From the IMG/VR virus record IMGVR_UViG_3300003690_003472, positions 64,001 through 128,000 of that record: DNA of 64,000 nt; one strand, 5' to 3'. Below the pieces are notes generated by a model. The model was not told the origin of the DNA and searched no databases. It saw nothing but the letters and a program-made list of their open reading frames with translations. Within the stretch, counting starts at the first letter, position 1; each line of letters opens with the position of its first letter. This DNA comes from a virus. The position numbers and the translations under genes are program-made. Positions 20,601-28,577 of this stretch are shown piece after piece.

Positions 20601-20819
20601 GTTTCTAGTTTGCCAAAGTCCAATATTTTTATCCTTGACGAACCCGGCGCAGCGCTTGATGCCGATAATATGGATGGGTTTGTCCGTATTCTAGAATTAG
20701 TAAAATCTTATTTTAAAACTGTGTTTTTAATTTCACACCTCGATTCTCTTAAAGACTGCGTAGATATGCAAATTACAATTGATAAAAAAGACATGTACGC
20801 TTTTGTTAAAGAATTCTAA
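17661..20819 (+). CDS. Fused Mre11/SbcD nuclease and Rad50/SbcC ATPase (gp47-gp46-like)
   Basis: Phosphoesterase motifs ADTH, HCGD, GNHD, YHG and GDIH. Walker A GKNFSGKSS, coiled coil with Cys cluster PCGDKYPNCKFIC, signature GSGAE, Walker B FILDEPGAALD and H-loop ISH, all in one ORF. Confidence 0.92.
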   Translation: MKFAHIADTHIKNLKYHHEYRIVFDKLYEKLKEEKVDYIIHCGDMAHTKTQISPEFVEMCTNFLRNLANIAPTYVILGNHDGNLKNSSRQDALTPIVDALEHKDLHLLKNSGEVCLNGGFTINVLSVFDRDNWANISDTNRINIALYHGSISNSETDLGWVMEHGEDDVSIFKGYDFAFLGDIHKTNQVLDKKKKIRYAGSTVQQNHGETNDKGFLIWDIKDKDSFTCKHITLENPKPFITIELTPKGRLPNKIKVPSGARLRLVSNNNLPLDTMKKAVEIAKHRFKPESITFLNRAAGQRGNIEEFADGLVADNLRDPVIQEELIREYLKDFQPEEDLFKRVLRLNSKYNIAAEDQEEVGRNVNWKLESLEWDNLFNYGSGNRISFSKLHGIVGIFGKNFSGKSSIIDSMLYTLFNSTSKNERKNFNIINQNKNHGMGKVEISIGNKKYIVQRSSEKYIKKLKGEETLEAKTDLNFECYDKVTRETQSLNGLTRNETDRIIRKHFGTLEDFLLTSMSSQLGALQFISEGSTRRKEILAKFLDLEMFEKKYKMAKEDASDFRGALKRLEGKEFDDDIFTAEKDIIFNEAQTRTHSESCEIIKENLVELQQKIDEIQKSIDSIPTEIIDIEKITSQYSEKEKQAAHIIADIINLQDKQVEKEDLLKKIDEFVDTFNIEELHEKKNLTTEKIALINKISDELCAIENSLIVKEKKKQLLEEVPCGDKYPNCKFICDAHSAANELFDLTKEVKSLNETADKINKEIETLDPEYKIDEHLEKYNQLLYKKKDIDNEISTTKILIEKNEIALKSVEKEAIELEQQKNIYYDNKDIIENKGSFIKELAKEKILYLEKEEELKECLDALMELYKEHGSLEQKLTSLQEQKQELADLREDYAAYDLFMQCMHSNGISYDIIKRKLPVINNEIAKVLANVVNFEVFFENDGRHLRILIKHPSHEPRPIEMGSGAEKTIAAMAIRLALLSVSSLPKSNIFILDEPGAALDADNMDGFVRILELVKSYFKTVFLISHLDSLKDCVDMQITIDKKDMYAFVKEF

Positions 20820-20900
20820 TTATATTAAAGATAAGTAGCTATAGCGCTATATATCGATGTTCAAGATTGCTCATATAAAATGCTTTCGAGGGACAATTAT

Positions 20901-20908
20901 ACTATTTA
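20901..20908 (+). promoter_or_regulatory. Putative late promoter motif ACTATTTA
   Basis: Followed by SD GGGAGGA (20924) and ATG 20938. Confidence 0.55.
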
Positions 20909-20937
20909 TATTAGTTTCACGATGGGAGGATTTTATT

Positions 20938-21168
20938 ATGGAACACTTACAAAAAGTTAGCAGTTGGCTTAAAGAAGTTGTAGGAATGACGCTTTCTGTT
21001 TTGGCATTGGCGGTTGTTTTGCAAGTATTGTTTGGGAAAGATGTTGCATTTTTTCCGGTCGATGTAGTAGGAAATGTAGTTTCTTTAACAAAAGCACTTG
21101 GCAGCGAAGGTCTTGTAGGTTTAGTTGCGTTATGGGTATTAGTTTCGCTTTTTAATAGAAAAGAATGA
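20938..21168 (+). CDS. Small membrane protein (holin/antiholin-like)
   Basis: Two hydrophobic helices. Start moved from 20857 to ATG 20938 because of the SD. Confidence 0.55.
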   Translation: MEHLQKVSSWLKEVVGMTLSVLALAVVLQVLFGKDVAFFPVDVVGNVVSLTKALGSEGLVGLVALWVLVSLFNRKE

Positions 21169-21178
21169 AGGAGTACTT

Positions 21179-21370
21179 ATGAGACAGATATTAGATAAAA
21201 CTTTAAATAAATTATTATCACGTAAATTAATGGTATGGCTTACAGCTACTAGCTTTATGTTTTTGCAAATTGTACCATTAGAATCTTCGGATTGGGTAGC
21301 AATTTCATTAGCTTACATTGGTCTAGAAGGACTAGCTGATATCGCATCTAGATGGAAACATGGATCATGA
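21179..21370 (+). CDS. Putative holin (two TM segments)
   Basis: 63 aa with a basic N-terminus (SRKL), two hydrophobic segments and a charged C-terminus. SD AAGGAG. Confidence 0.55.
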   Translation: MRQILDKTLNKLLSRKLMVWLTATSFMFLQIVPLESSDWVAISLAYIGLEGLADIASRWKHGS

Positions 21371-21777
21371 TTACGCTTTTAGCCATGAAAAAAATACTTG
21401 CAAAGATATGGACGTGGCTAAAACATAATTGGATGGCTCCATTTATTGTGGTTTATACTTTGTTCTTGTGGATTATTTTGAGGAGAAAAGATGAAGCTGA
21501 AGCTATATTGGAGATTAGGAGTCGCAGTTATCAAGATCAAATTGATGCAATTAATAAGACACACGAAGATGAAATTAAAAAAAGGGATGAGATTCTTAAA
21601 AAATATTATGAGACGATAACAAGATTAGAAGAAGAGTTCGCCAAAAATAATAAAGAATTGGATGAAAAAAAGAAAAAATCTGTTAAAGAGATTGTCGAAA
21701 AATATTATAATGATCCTGATACCCTAGCAATAATGATTGGCAAAAGGTTCGGATTTAAATATACGGAAGAAGATTAA
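21367..21777 (+). CDS. Putative i-spanin-like protein
   Basis: N-terminal TM (WMAPFIVVYTLFLWIIL) followed by a charged coiled coil. The ATGA overlap at 21367 gives the likely start. Confidence 0.5.
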   Translation: MITLLAMKKILAKIWTWLKHNWMAPFIVVYTLFLWIILRRKDEAEAILEIRSRSYQDQIDAINKTHEDEIKKRDEILKKYYETITRLEEEFAKNNKELDEKKKKSVKEIVEKYYNDPDTLAIMIGKRFGFKYTEED

Positions 21778-21782
21778 GAGTA

Positions 21783-22250
21783 GTGAAAAGTATTGTACTA
21801 ATATTAATTTTTTGTTTAACATTTCCAGCACATTTGTTTGCCGAACCACCGGAACCAAACGCGGAAGAAGAAAACACTGCAAAAGTTACAGGCATAAAGA
21901 AAGGAGAAGAAGCCCCTTATAATGGTGTGCTTCTTAACACGACTGCTGCAGCTAAAATATTTGCAGAGAAAGAATATTCTGGAAAAGAATGTGAACTAAG
22001 AATTAACTATGAGATACAAAAAGAGATTCTTCGAATGCAATTGCTTTTGGACACCACAAAAGTTAGTTTAGATGCCACACAAAAAAAGTACGACACTATT
22101 GTTAAAATTAAAGATGACGAGATAGAGAGACTTTCTAAGCTAGTGCTTAAGCCAAAGAATGATTATTCAGCTTTATGGGGTGCAGGAGGAGTCTTAGTTG
22201 GTATTGGTTTGACAATTGCTGTTGTTTATGCCGTTGGAGAATTAAGATAG
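21783..22250 (+). CDS. Putative spanin-like envelope protein (signal peptide, coiled coil, C-terminal TM)
   Basis: N-terminus MKSIVLILIFCLTFPAHLFA and C-terminus LWGAGGVLVGIGLTIAVVYAVG. Adjacent to the holin and i-spanin-like genes. Confidence 0.45.
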   Translation: MKSIVLILIFCLTFPAHLFAEPPEPNAEEENTAKVTGIKKGEEAPYNGVLLNTTAAAKIFAEKEYSGKECELRINYEIQKEILRMQLLLDTTKVSLDATQKKYDTIVKIKDDEIERLSKLVLKPKNDYSALWGAGGVLVGIGLTIAVVYAVGELR

Positions 22251-23026
22251 TGTCAAAGATTAAACTCACCAAAGAACAATTATTTAGTTATATAAAACAT
22301 AAAAGCGGTGACATAAATTTAGATTTTAATCACGATCCTGCGCAAAATGCTGGTCCAGTTATATTAAAATATGGAACGGGCGCCAGATCAGATGATGCAG
22401 GAGGAAAGGTACAAGGTGGTCACGTTTATTGGTTGGATGAAACCACAGCCGTATGGACAAAGGCTCAATGGGCTGATGAAGCTTCTATGGGCGCTGGAAA
22501 TCTTTTAGGACTTGCTTTAGGAAAATTTGGCACATACGAAGGCACTCCCGAAACAGTTGGAATGTTGATTAACGGCGTGGCCACAACTGCCATTTTTGGA
22601 ACAGGCCCCGTTGGCGCACCATTGTGGGGTTCTTATAATGCCGCTGGCCGCATGGCCTCCGCGCCGCCGTCAGCAAACGGTGTTAGAATATTTCAAAAAT
22701 TGGGCCATGCTTTGGGGTATCGGCTCACACCCAGTGGTTATGTTGAAACTATAGTATCTTTTACTCCATCATTAGAATTTGCCACGACCTCCATCGGTTC
22801 TGGCGGTGGTGGCGGTGAAACAAACACCGCTTCAAATGTTGGCGCAGGCGATGGCTTATTTAAACAAAAAGCTGGTGTTGATTTGGAGTTTAAAACTTTA
22901 GTTGAGGGTTCTAATATAACTTTAACGGCAGGAACCGATGAAGTAACAATTGCTTCTACTGGCGGTGGAGGCGCAGACTGCGATGATGCTAGTTGTATAA
23001 TGGCTCAGCAGATGTTAGGGGGATAA
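22250..23026 (+). CDS. Virion fibre/decoration-like protein
   Basis: Likely GTG start at 22250 (SD GGAGA, TAGTG overlap). The GHVYWLD..W.KA..LLGLALG domain is shared with the C-terminus of 34164. Contains the fibre module GGETNTASNVGAGDGLFKQKAGVDLEFKTL. Confidence 0.55.
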   Translation: MSKIKLTKEQLFSYIKHKSGDINLDFNHDPAQNAGPVILKYGTGARSDDAGGKVQGGHVYWLDETTAVWTKAQWADEASMGAGNLLGLALGKFGTYEGTPETVGMLINGVATTAIFGTGPVGAPLWGSYNAAGRMASAPPSANGVRIFQKLGHALGYRLTPSGYVETIVSFTPSLEFATTSIGSGGGGGETNTASNVGAGDGLFKQKAGVDLEFKTLVEGSNITLTAGTDEVTIASTGGGGADCDDASCIMAQQMLGG

Positions 23027-23030
23027 TTTT

Positions 23031-23465
23031 ATGGCAACATTTACAAAAGAGTTTTTAAGTAGTTCAGTAAGTGGCAGCTTTTATGGATTGCCTATAGAAA
23101 TAATGACTTCTGGCACTTATCCTGCTGCACCTGATTTTGGGACACAAATACATACGCCTCCATCCGGCTCAACAGAGATAGATGAAGTGTGGCTATATGC
23201 CACAAATGTAAGTACAGGGCCAACAATTCTTGTTATTCAGTTTGGAAACACTGGAAGTGCTTATGAATTTGTACAAGAAATACCTTCTAGAAGTGGATTA
23301 ACTTTAATGGTTCCTGGGTTATCAATAGGCAAAACAGGAAGCATATCATCTCCTGGTTTACCTGACGGCGCGCAGATCGCTGCTTATGCTGGCGGTGTTT
23401 CAGCTAGTGCAACATCAGACATATTAATAACAGGGTATGTAAATAGAATAAGCGGGAGTTCATAA
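23031..23465 (+). CDS. Small Ser/Gly/Thr-rich virion protein
   Basis: Beta-rich 144 aa with 7-8 [ST][GA][ST] motifs, in a fibre cluster. Confidence 0.5.
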   Translation: MATFTKEFLSSSVSGSFYGLPIEIMTSGTYPAAPDFGTQIHTPPSGSTEIDEVWLYATNVSTGPTILVIQFGNTGSAYEFVQEIPSRSGLTLMVPGLSIGKTGSISSPGLPDGAQIAAYAGGVSASATSDILITGYVNRISGSS

Positions 23466-24421
23466 TGGCATCACATGATGTAAGAAAGTTGAATCCCGGC
23501 ATTCAAGTGGATAATCTATTTGTAGGTGTTGCTTCAAAAGTAAACCCACACTTAGTTAAAGAAACATCAGGTGTTGGTAATTTTGGTTTAAAAACTCTTA
23601 GTCTTGTTAGCGGAGGAGCAAATCCAAATCTTGCTTTTGCATTAAACGCCAGCGGAAGTCTAATGGCTCTCAATAATCCTGCTTTATTAGAGGTATCGGG
23701 TGTCTTTTTTAATGGCACTAATGAATATCTTGATTTAGCTACCGATGCAGATTTTGATTTTAATTATAATACACCATATTCTTTATCCGCTTGGGTTGGA
23801 ACAACATCAAATGCCGCCCAGGCGCCCATATCTAAAATGAATTCGACTGATAGCTATCGAGGTTGGGATATGTACCTTTATCAAGGAAAAGTATCGGCTC
23901 ACCTTACACACACTTGGTCTTCATCGGCAATTAAAGTTACTACTACCACTGCGATGCCGACCGTAAATGACGGCGACGGACACAGTATTGTCATAACATA
24001 TGATGGATCTACTAACGCAAATGGAATGACTATATATATTGATGGTACCTCGGCATCAATTGACATCAACAACGATAATCTCGGCAACGATGATACGACC
24101 AATTCGATTGATATTAATATTGGCCGACGCGAGTACGGGGTTTACATGAATGGATTCTTGGCTCATGTTTCTGTTTGGAATAAAGAGTTAAATTCAACTG
24201 AAGTTACTGCAATCTATAATAGCGGCAAGCCGGGCGATTTATCGGCACATGCTGCAGCTGGTAATTTAATTGCCTGGTGGAAAACTGGAAATGGCATTAG
24301 TGGTAGCACTAAAGATTGTACTAATAGTACTACTGGGTCATCTTATGTTTACGATATGAGTACCGGTAGTCATCACATGACACCAAAAACTTTATACGGA
24401 TATGATACAATCGATGTTTAA
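23465..24421 (+). CDS. LamG/concanavalin A-like domain protein
   Basis: FNGTNEYL..YSLSAWV..HSIVITYDG..MTIYIDG..NIGRR..NGFLAHVSVWNKELNSTEVTAIYN follows the Laminin_G_3 pattern. Confidence 0.8.
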   Translation: MASHDVRKLNPGIQVDNLFVGVASKVNPHLVKETSGVGNFGLKTLSLVSGGANPNLAFALNASGSLMALNNPALLEVSGVFFNGTNEYLDLATDADFDFNYNTPYSLSAWVGTTSNAAQAPISKMNSTDSYRGWDMYLYQGKVSAHLTHTWSSSAIKVTTTTAMPTVNDGDGHSIVITYDGSTNANGMTIYIDGTSASIDINNDNLGNDDTTNSIDINIGRREYGVYMNGFLAHVSVWNKELNSTEVTAIYNSGKPGDLSAHAAAGNLIAWWKTGNGISGSTKDCTNSTTGSSYVYDMSTGSHHMTPKTLYGYDTIDV

Positions 24422-24450
24422 ACAGTATATATAGAATAGGAGAGTGTAAC

Positions 24451-25410
24451 ATGGCGGAAAAGCATCAACAAGTAACTGTTGGCACTACAACCTGGCAGTT
24501 TTTTTTACAAAAGGTCTGGGAATTTGTAGAAAACACACAAGCCGCCGCGAATGTCTTACGGTTTGCTGAAGAGGGCGGCAATATTGCTGTAAAATCTGGC
24601 GGATCTTTTTGGGATGGCGATGCTGATTTATCAAGTGGCTTTGCGTCTGATAATGATTATATGGTTGTAGAGCCAGTAAATGAATATCCTGGCGGCGGAA
24701 GATGGCAAATGAAAATTAAGAGCACTGATGTATCTACTAATAGTTATGGTAATTGTTCAGTGGAAGTTAGTTGGTTAGGTGGTTATGATACGAGCGAAGA
24801 TGACTTTGGTTCAAATCTTACTACTGGTACATCTAGACGTCCATTCTATAGTAGTCTCGATAGCACGGCCGATTCACTTTATTTTTCTTGTTCAAATACT
24901 GATAGTTATATAAATTCAAGCGGTACCCAAACTTATACTTATTTCAGAATATTACGGTGGGATAATGGGGCAGCCGATGACATTCGTTTTGACGGCACTT
25001 ATGTAGGCGGATATATACCTAACGAACCAGATGATGATGATAAGCCAATTGTAGTCTATCACCGAGTAATGAGAGGCTATTGGAGTGGTGACTATTGGGG
25101 TGATTCTGATAGTTTGGATACTGGCATACTGCCTGGAAATTATGAGCATACGGTGTGCGGCGGAAATGTTTCTTCTTTTATTAACTCTATGGACAACGCA
25201 GCCCATACGGGATATAGCCTAACACGATCCGGTAACTGGTCTAATGGTCCGGTGTTGATAAATGATTATGCAAATACCCGTACACTTGGAGCTTGGGGCA
25301 AATACACGGCATTAAAAGGAGATATATTAAGAAATAGCGGCGCGACAGATGCTGCTAATGAATATTTAATTGGAAATGATATGGTAGTTCGATGGAAGCC
25401 TTCTGCATAA
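24451..25410 (+). CDS. Hypothetical protein (probably virion-associated)
   Basis: SD AGGAG. Gly/Ser/Asp/aromatic-rich, beta-type composition. Confidence 0.5.
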   Translation: MAEKHQQVTVGTTTWQFFLQKVWEFVENTQAAANVLRFAEEGGNIAVKSGGSFWDGDADLSSGFASDNDYMVVEPVNEYPGGGRWQMKIKSTDVSTNSYGNCSVEVSWLGGYDTSEDDFGSNLTTGTSRRPFYSSLDSTADSLYFSCSNTDSYINSSGTQTYTYFRILRWDNGAADDIRFDGTYVGGYIPNEPDDDDKPIVVYHRVMRGYWSGDYWGDSDSLDTGILPGNYEHTVCGGNVSSFINSMDNAAHTGYSLTRSGNWSNGPVLINDYANTRTLGAWGKYTALKGDILRNSGATDAANEYLIGNDMVVRWKPSA

Positions 25411-25411
25411 T

Positions 25412-25834
25412 ATGAAATTAAAAAATTTAGATAAGATAGCTAAAATTGAAAAAGCAATTGCTAAAAAATATGGTACAGAGACAATTGTAAATCCCAAGTC
25501 TTCTTGGACAGATGAAAAAGAAGAAGAGTATCTAGAAGAAGTTAAAGAGTTTTATAAAGAAGAATATAAAAAGGAAGAACAGAAAGAGAAAGTTGAGAAA
25601 GACGGCTTTTTCCTTCCAAAGAATCTAATTACTAAGGAAAATAAAAGAAATTGTTCTGCATGCGGAATTCTTTCTTTTAAACTAAAAGATGACTTATATA
25701 TGAATAAGTTTGATTGTTGTTTTAAGTGTTATATTCAACATGTTGAATTCAATGAAGAAAGGTGGTTAAAAGGATGGAGGCCAAACAATGAAAGTGCGAA
25801 TTACAAGAAAGAACAAAAAGAGACGAGATCCTAG
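25412..25834 (+). CDS. Hypothetical protein with a Cys cluster (CxxC...CCxxC)
   Basis: NCSACG...FDCCFKCY suggests zinc binding. Confidence 0.6.
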   Translation: MKLKNLDKIAKIEKAIAKKYGTETIVNPKSSWTDEKEEEYLEEVKEFYKEEYKKEEQKEKVEKDGFFLPKNLITKENKRNCSACGILSFKLKDDLYMNKFDCCFKCYIQHVEFNEERWLKGWRPNNESANYKKEQKETRS

Positions 25835-26039
25835 ATATTTTCTACATGAAAATTTAGAATTAGATCAAGAACCAGGGGAAGAAATAGGGCTAGAAGTAGA
25901 GCCAGAAGTAAAACCAGATGTTGATATCGAAGACGCCTCAGAACAAAACATTATTGCTCATGACGCTCGTTTGGATTTTATAGAGGGGTTTCTTAAAAGA
26001 GAGTTTCCCGAGTTTAAGCCCGGAAGAGAAGAGTGGTAA
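25788..26039 (+). CDS. Small hypothetical protein with a basic N-terminus and acidic body
   Basis: SD GGAGG 7 nt before the ATG. Begins MKVRITRKNKKRRDPRYFLHE. Confidence 0.55.
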   Translation: MKVRITRKNKKRRDPRYFLHENLELDQEPGEEIGLEVEPEVKPDVDIEDASEQNIIAHDARLDFIEGFLKREFPEFKPGREEW

Positions 26040-26052
26040 GGAATAAAGATAA

Positions 26053-26424
26053 ATGAAATTAACAAAAAGGGCACTTAAAAATTTAATTAAAGAAGTATTT
26101 GGTGAAGAGTTTGGTGAAGAAGAAGTTTCCGAATCTAATATTGAATTTTTAGACCGTCAAGCCTGGAAACAAGCGAAAGGTATTCGCGCCGAGAACACAA
26201 CAGATGAAGATCATGAAGCACTTACTGCGGAATTTCCAGATAAAAACATTGTTGATCCGTTCGATGTAAATCAGATAAGAAAAGCAACTCAAGATGCATC
26301 TGAAAGAGACATAATTCCTCTTGGAAAAGTAGAAAATGAAGTTTGGTTTAAAACGGGTGATAATAAGTATGGAAAACTAACACTAGCGCAAGAAGAAAAG
26401 GAATTAACTTTAAGGGGATTTTAA
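26053..26424 (+). CDS. Small acidic protein with an MKLTK..L..LIKE leader
   Basis: The leader is shared with 63314, 63540 and 63965. Confidence 0.6.
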   Translation: MKLTKRALKNLIKEVFGEEFGEEEVSESNIEFLDRQAWKQAKGIRAENTTDEDHEALTAEFPDKNIVDPFDVNQIRKATQDASERDIIPLGKVENEVWFKTGDNKYGKLTLAQEEKELTLRGF

Positions 26425-26985
26425 ATGGCAACTGTATATGATATTATAAAAGGAATACATCAAGCAGCAGCAAATGCTTATGATGGTTCGCAATATGAAA
26501 GATATTCTTATGATGGCGAAGAGCGTAAGTGCGGCTTAAAGCGCGAAGAAGGCGATCCAATTATTGATTCTCGTGTAATGGACGGCTTTGGTGTTCGTAT
26601 TTCCGGTCCTAAACTTATTGTTTCTTATCAAAGTGAGTTACCAATAAAATCTTTTCACAACTCTAAGTTGGATGATGAAATTGAAAGCATATTTGCAGGC
26701 ATTGCTAAGTTTTTAAAGAAAGAATATAAAGCAATAACAGGCGATACCCTTGCTCTCAAGTCTGATGCGCCATGTGAAATACTACTTCAAAATATGTCTC
26801 GCATTCGCACGTGGTGTCAATGTAAGAAAGTCTACACTATTGGTGGCCTAAAAGATACAGAAGCCGTAGGTGAGAATTTACCTGGAGATTCAGAAGAAAA
26901 ACTTAGAGCAGCCGTTAAAAAATGGCTCGAAATAGGAAAGCCGAAATACGGCGCTGCAAAGAAATCAAATAATGTCAAGGCATAA
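26425..26985 (+). CDS. Hypothetical protein coupled to TerL
   Basis: TAATG overlap with terL. Function not recognised. Confidence 0.6.
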   Translation: MATVYDIIKGIHQAAANAYDGSQYERYSYDGEERKCGLKREEGDPIIDSRVMDGFGVRISGPKLIVSYQSELPIKSFHNSKLDDEIESIFAGIAKFLKKEYKAITGDTLALKSDAPCEILLQNMSRIRTWCQCKKVYTIGGLKDTEAVGENLPGDSEEKLRAAVKKWLEIGKPKYGAAKKSNNVKA

Positions 26986-28571
26986 TGAGCTACAAACTAA
27001 CAAGAAAAGAGATCTTAAAAGAGATCTTAAAGTGTGGCAAAGACCCTAGATACTTTAATAATAATTACGCCAAGATACCTCACCCCGGGCAGGGCCTTAT
27101 CCCATTTAAAACATATGATTATCAAGATGATTTATTAGAAAATTTTAATGATTATCGATTTACTGTTATACTAAAAGCAAGGCAATTAGGTATCTCTACG
27201 ATTGTTGCTGGTTATGTTGCGTGGATGCTTCTTTTTCACCGCGACAAAAACGTTCTTATCGTTGCAACGAAGTTATCCACAGCAGCAAATTTAGTTCGAA
27301 AAGTAAAAAGTATTATTAAACATTTACCAGATTGGTTAAAAATTGCTAATATAGATATTGATAATAAAAATTCATTTGAATTAAGCAACGGATCTCAAGT
27401 CAAAGCTTCATCCACTTCTGGCGATGCAGGCCGCTCAGAAGCTTTGTCTCTTTTGGTTGTTGACGAAGCTGCACACATAGAAAACCTTACAGACCTTTGG
27501 ACCGGTCTTTATCCTACAATTTCAACAGGTGGTCGCTGTATCGCACTCTCAACTCCAAACGGCGTTGGTGATTGGTTTCATGAAACATATGTAAAAGCAG
27601 ATTCAGGACAAAATGAATTTTTTCCTGTAAAGCTTTTTTGGGATGTACACCCGGAACGCGATTTGGAATGGTTTGAAGTTGAGACAAGAAATATGAGCAA
27701 GAGGCAAATTGCTCAAGAGTATGAATGTAATTTTAATACATCTGGCGAAACCGTTATAGAGGGGGTTGATATTCAAAGACTAAAAAAGACAATTCGAGAA
27801 CCAACCTATAGAACGGGCATTGATAGAAATTATTGGATTTGGGAAGAATTTAAGCCAGAGAGTTCTTATTTATTAGTTGCAGATGTCTCACGCGGCGACG
27901 GCGCCGATTTTTCTGTTTTTCACGTTTTTAAATTAGAAACAATGGAGATAATCGCAGAATATCAAGGAAAAGTAACTCCAGATATCTTTTCGGATATTGT
28001 CCACGGTGCTGGTAAAGAATATGGAAATGCAATGATTGTTGTTGAAAATAATAGTGTTGGGTATACAGTGCTGGATAAACTGAAAGACAAAGGATATCCA
28101 AACATTTATTATTCTATTAAATCTTCTCATGAATATATTGATCAATATCAAGCCGAAACTTCTTCGCGGGCTATAGCTGGATTTACAACCTCTCTTAAAA
28201 CGCGCCCCTTGTTTGTTGCCAAGTTTGAAGAATTTATAAGAAATAAGTTATTAACTATTTATTCTAAGAGGCTGGTCAATGAATTAGATACTTTTATTTG
28301 GAGAAATGGTCGACCCGAAGCTCAAAGAGGTTATAACGATGATTTAATTATAGCTTGTGCAATCGGCTGTTGGGTGCGAGATACTGCTTTAATTGAAAAT
28401 CAGCGCGATATGGAGTATAAAAAAGTATTTTTAAATTGTATAATGACCAATAAGACTCATTTAGATACTACAGTACCAGGAATGGCCAAACAAAAAGACT
28501 ATGAGCTTTTTGACAAGGCCAATGAAGCAGTAAAACAAAATAAAGAATTTTTATGGTTATTAAAAGGATAA
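26985..28571 (+). CDS. terL: Terminase large subunit (T4 gp17-like)
   Basis: ILKARQLGIST (Walker A), LLVVDEAAHI (Walker B), ALSTPNG, nuclease VADVSRGDGADFS and NDDLIIA. Confidence 0.95.
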   Translation: MSYKLTRKEILKEILKCGKDPRYFNNNYAKIPHPGQGLIPFKTYDYQDDLLENFNDYRFTVILKARQLGISTIVAGYVAWMLLFHRDKNVLIVATKLSTAANLVRKVKSIIKHLPDWLKIANIDIDNKNSFELSNGSQVKASSTSGDAGRSEALSLLVVDEAAHIENLTDLWTGLYPTISTGGRCIALSTPNGVGDWFHETYVKADSGQNEFFPVKLFWDVHPERDLEWFEVETRNMSKRQIAQEYECNFNTSGETVIEGVDIQRLKKTIREPTYRTGIDRNYWIWEEFKPESSYLLVADVSRGDGADFSVFHVFKLETMEIIAEYQGKVTPDIFSDIVHGAGKEYGNAMIVVENNSVGYTVLDKLKDKGYPNIYYSIKSSHEYIDQYQAETSSRAIAGFTTSLKTRPLFVAKFEEFIRNKLLTIYSKRLVNELDTFIWRNGRPEAQRGYNDDLIIACAIGCWVRDTALIENQRDMEYKKVFLNCIMTNKTHLDTTVPGMAKQKDYELFDKANEAVKQNKEFLWLLKG

Positions 28572-28577
28572 TATTAA

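Noticed and set aside
26425-26985. Calling the gene before terL a small terminase
   Set aside because: Position is the only support and no TerS motif was recognised, so it is left as hypothetical.
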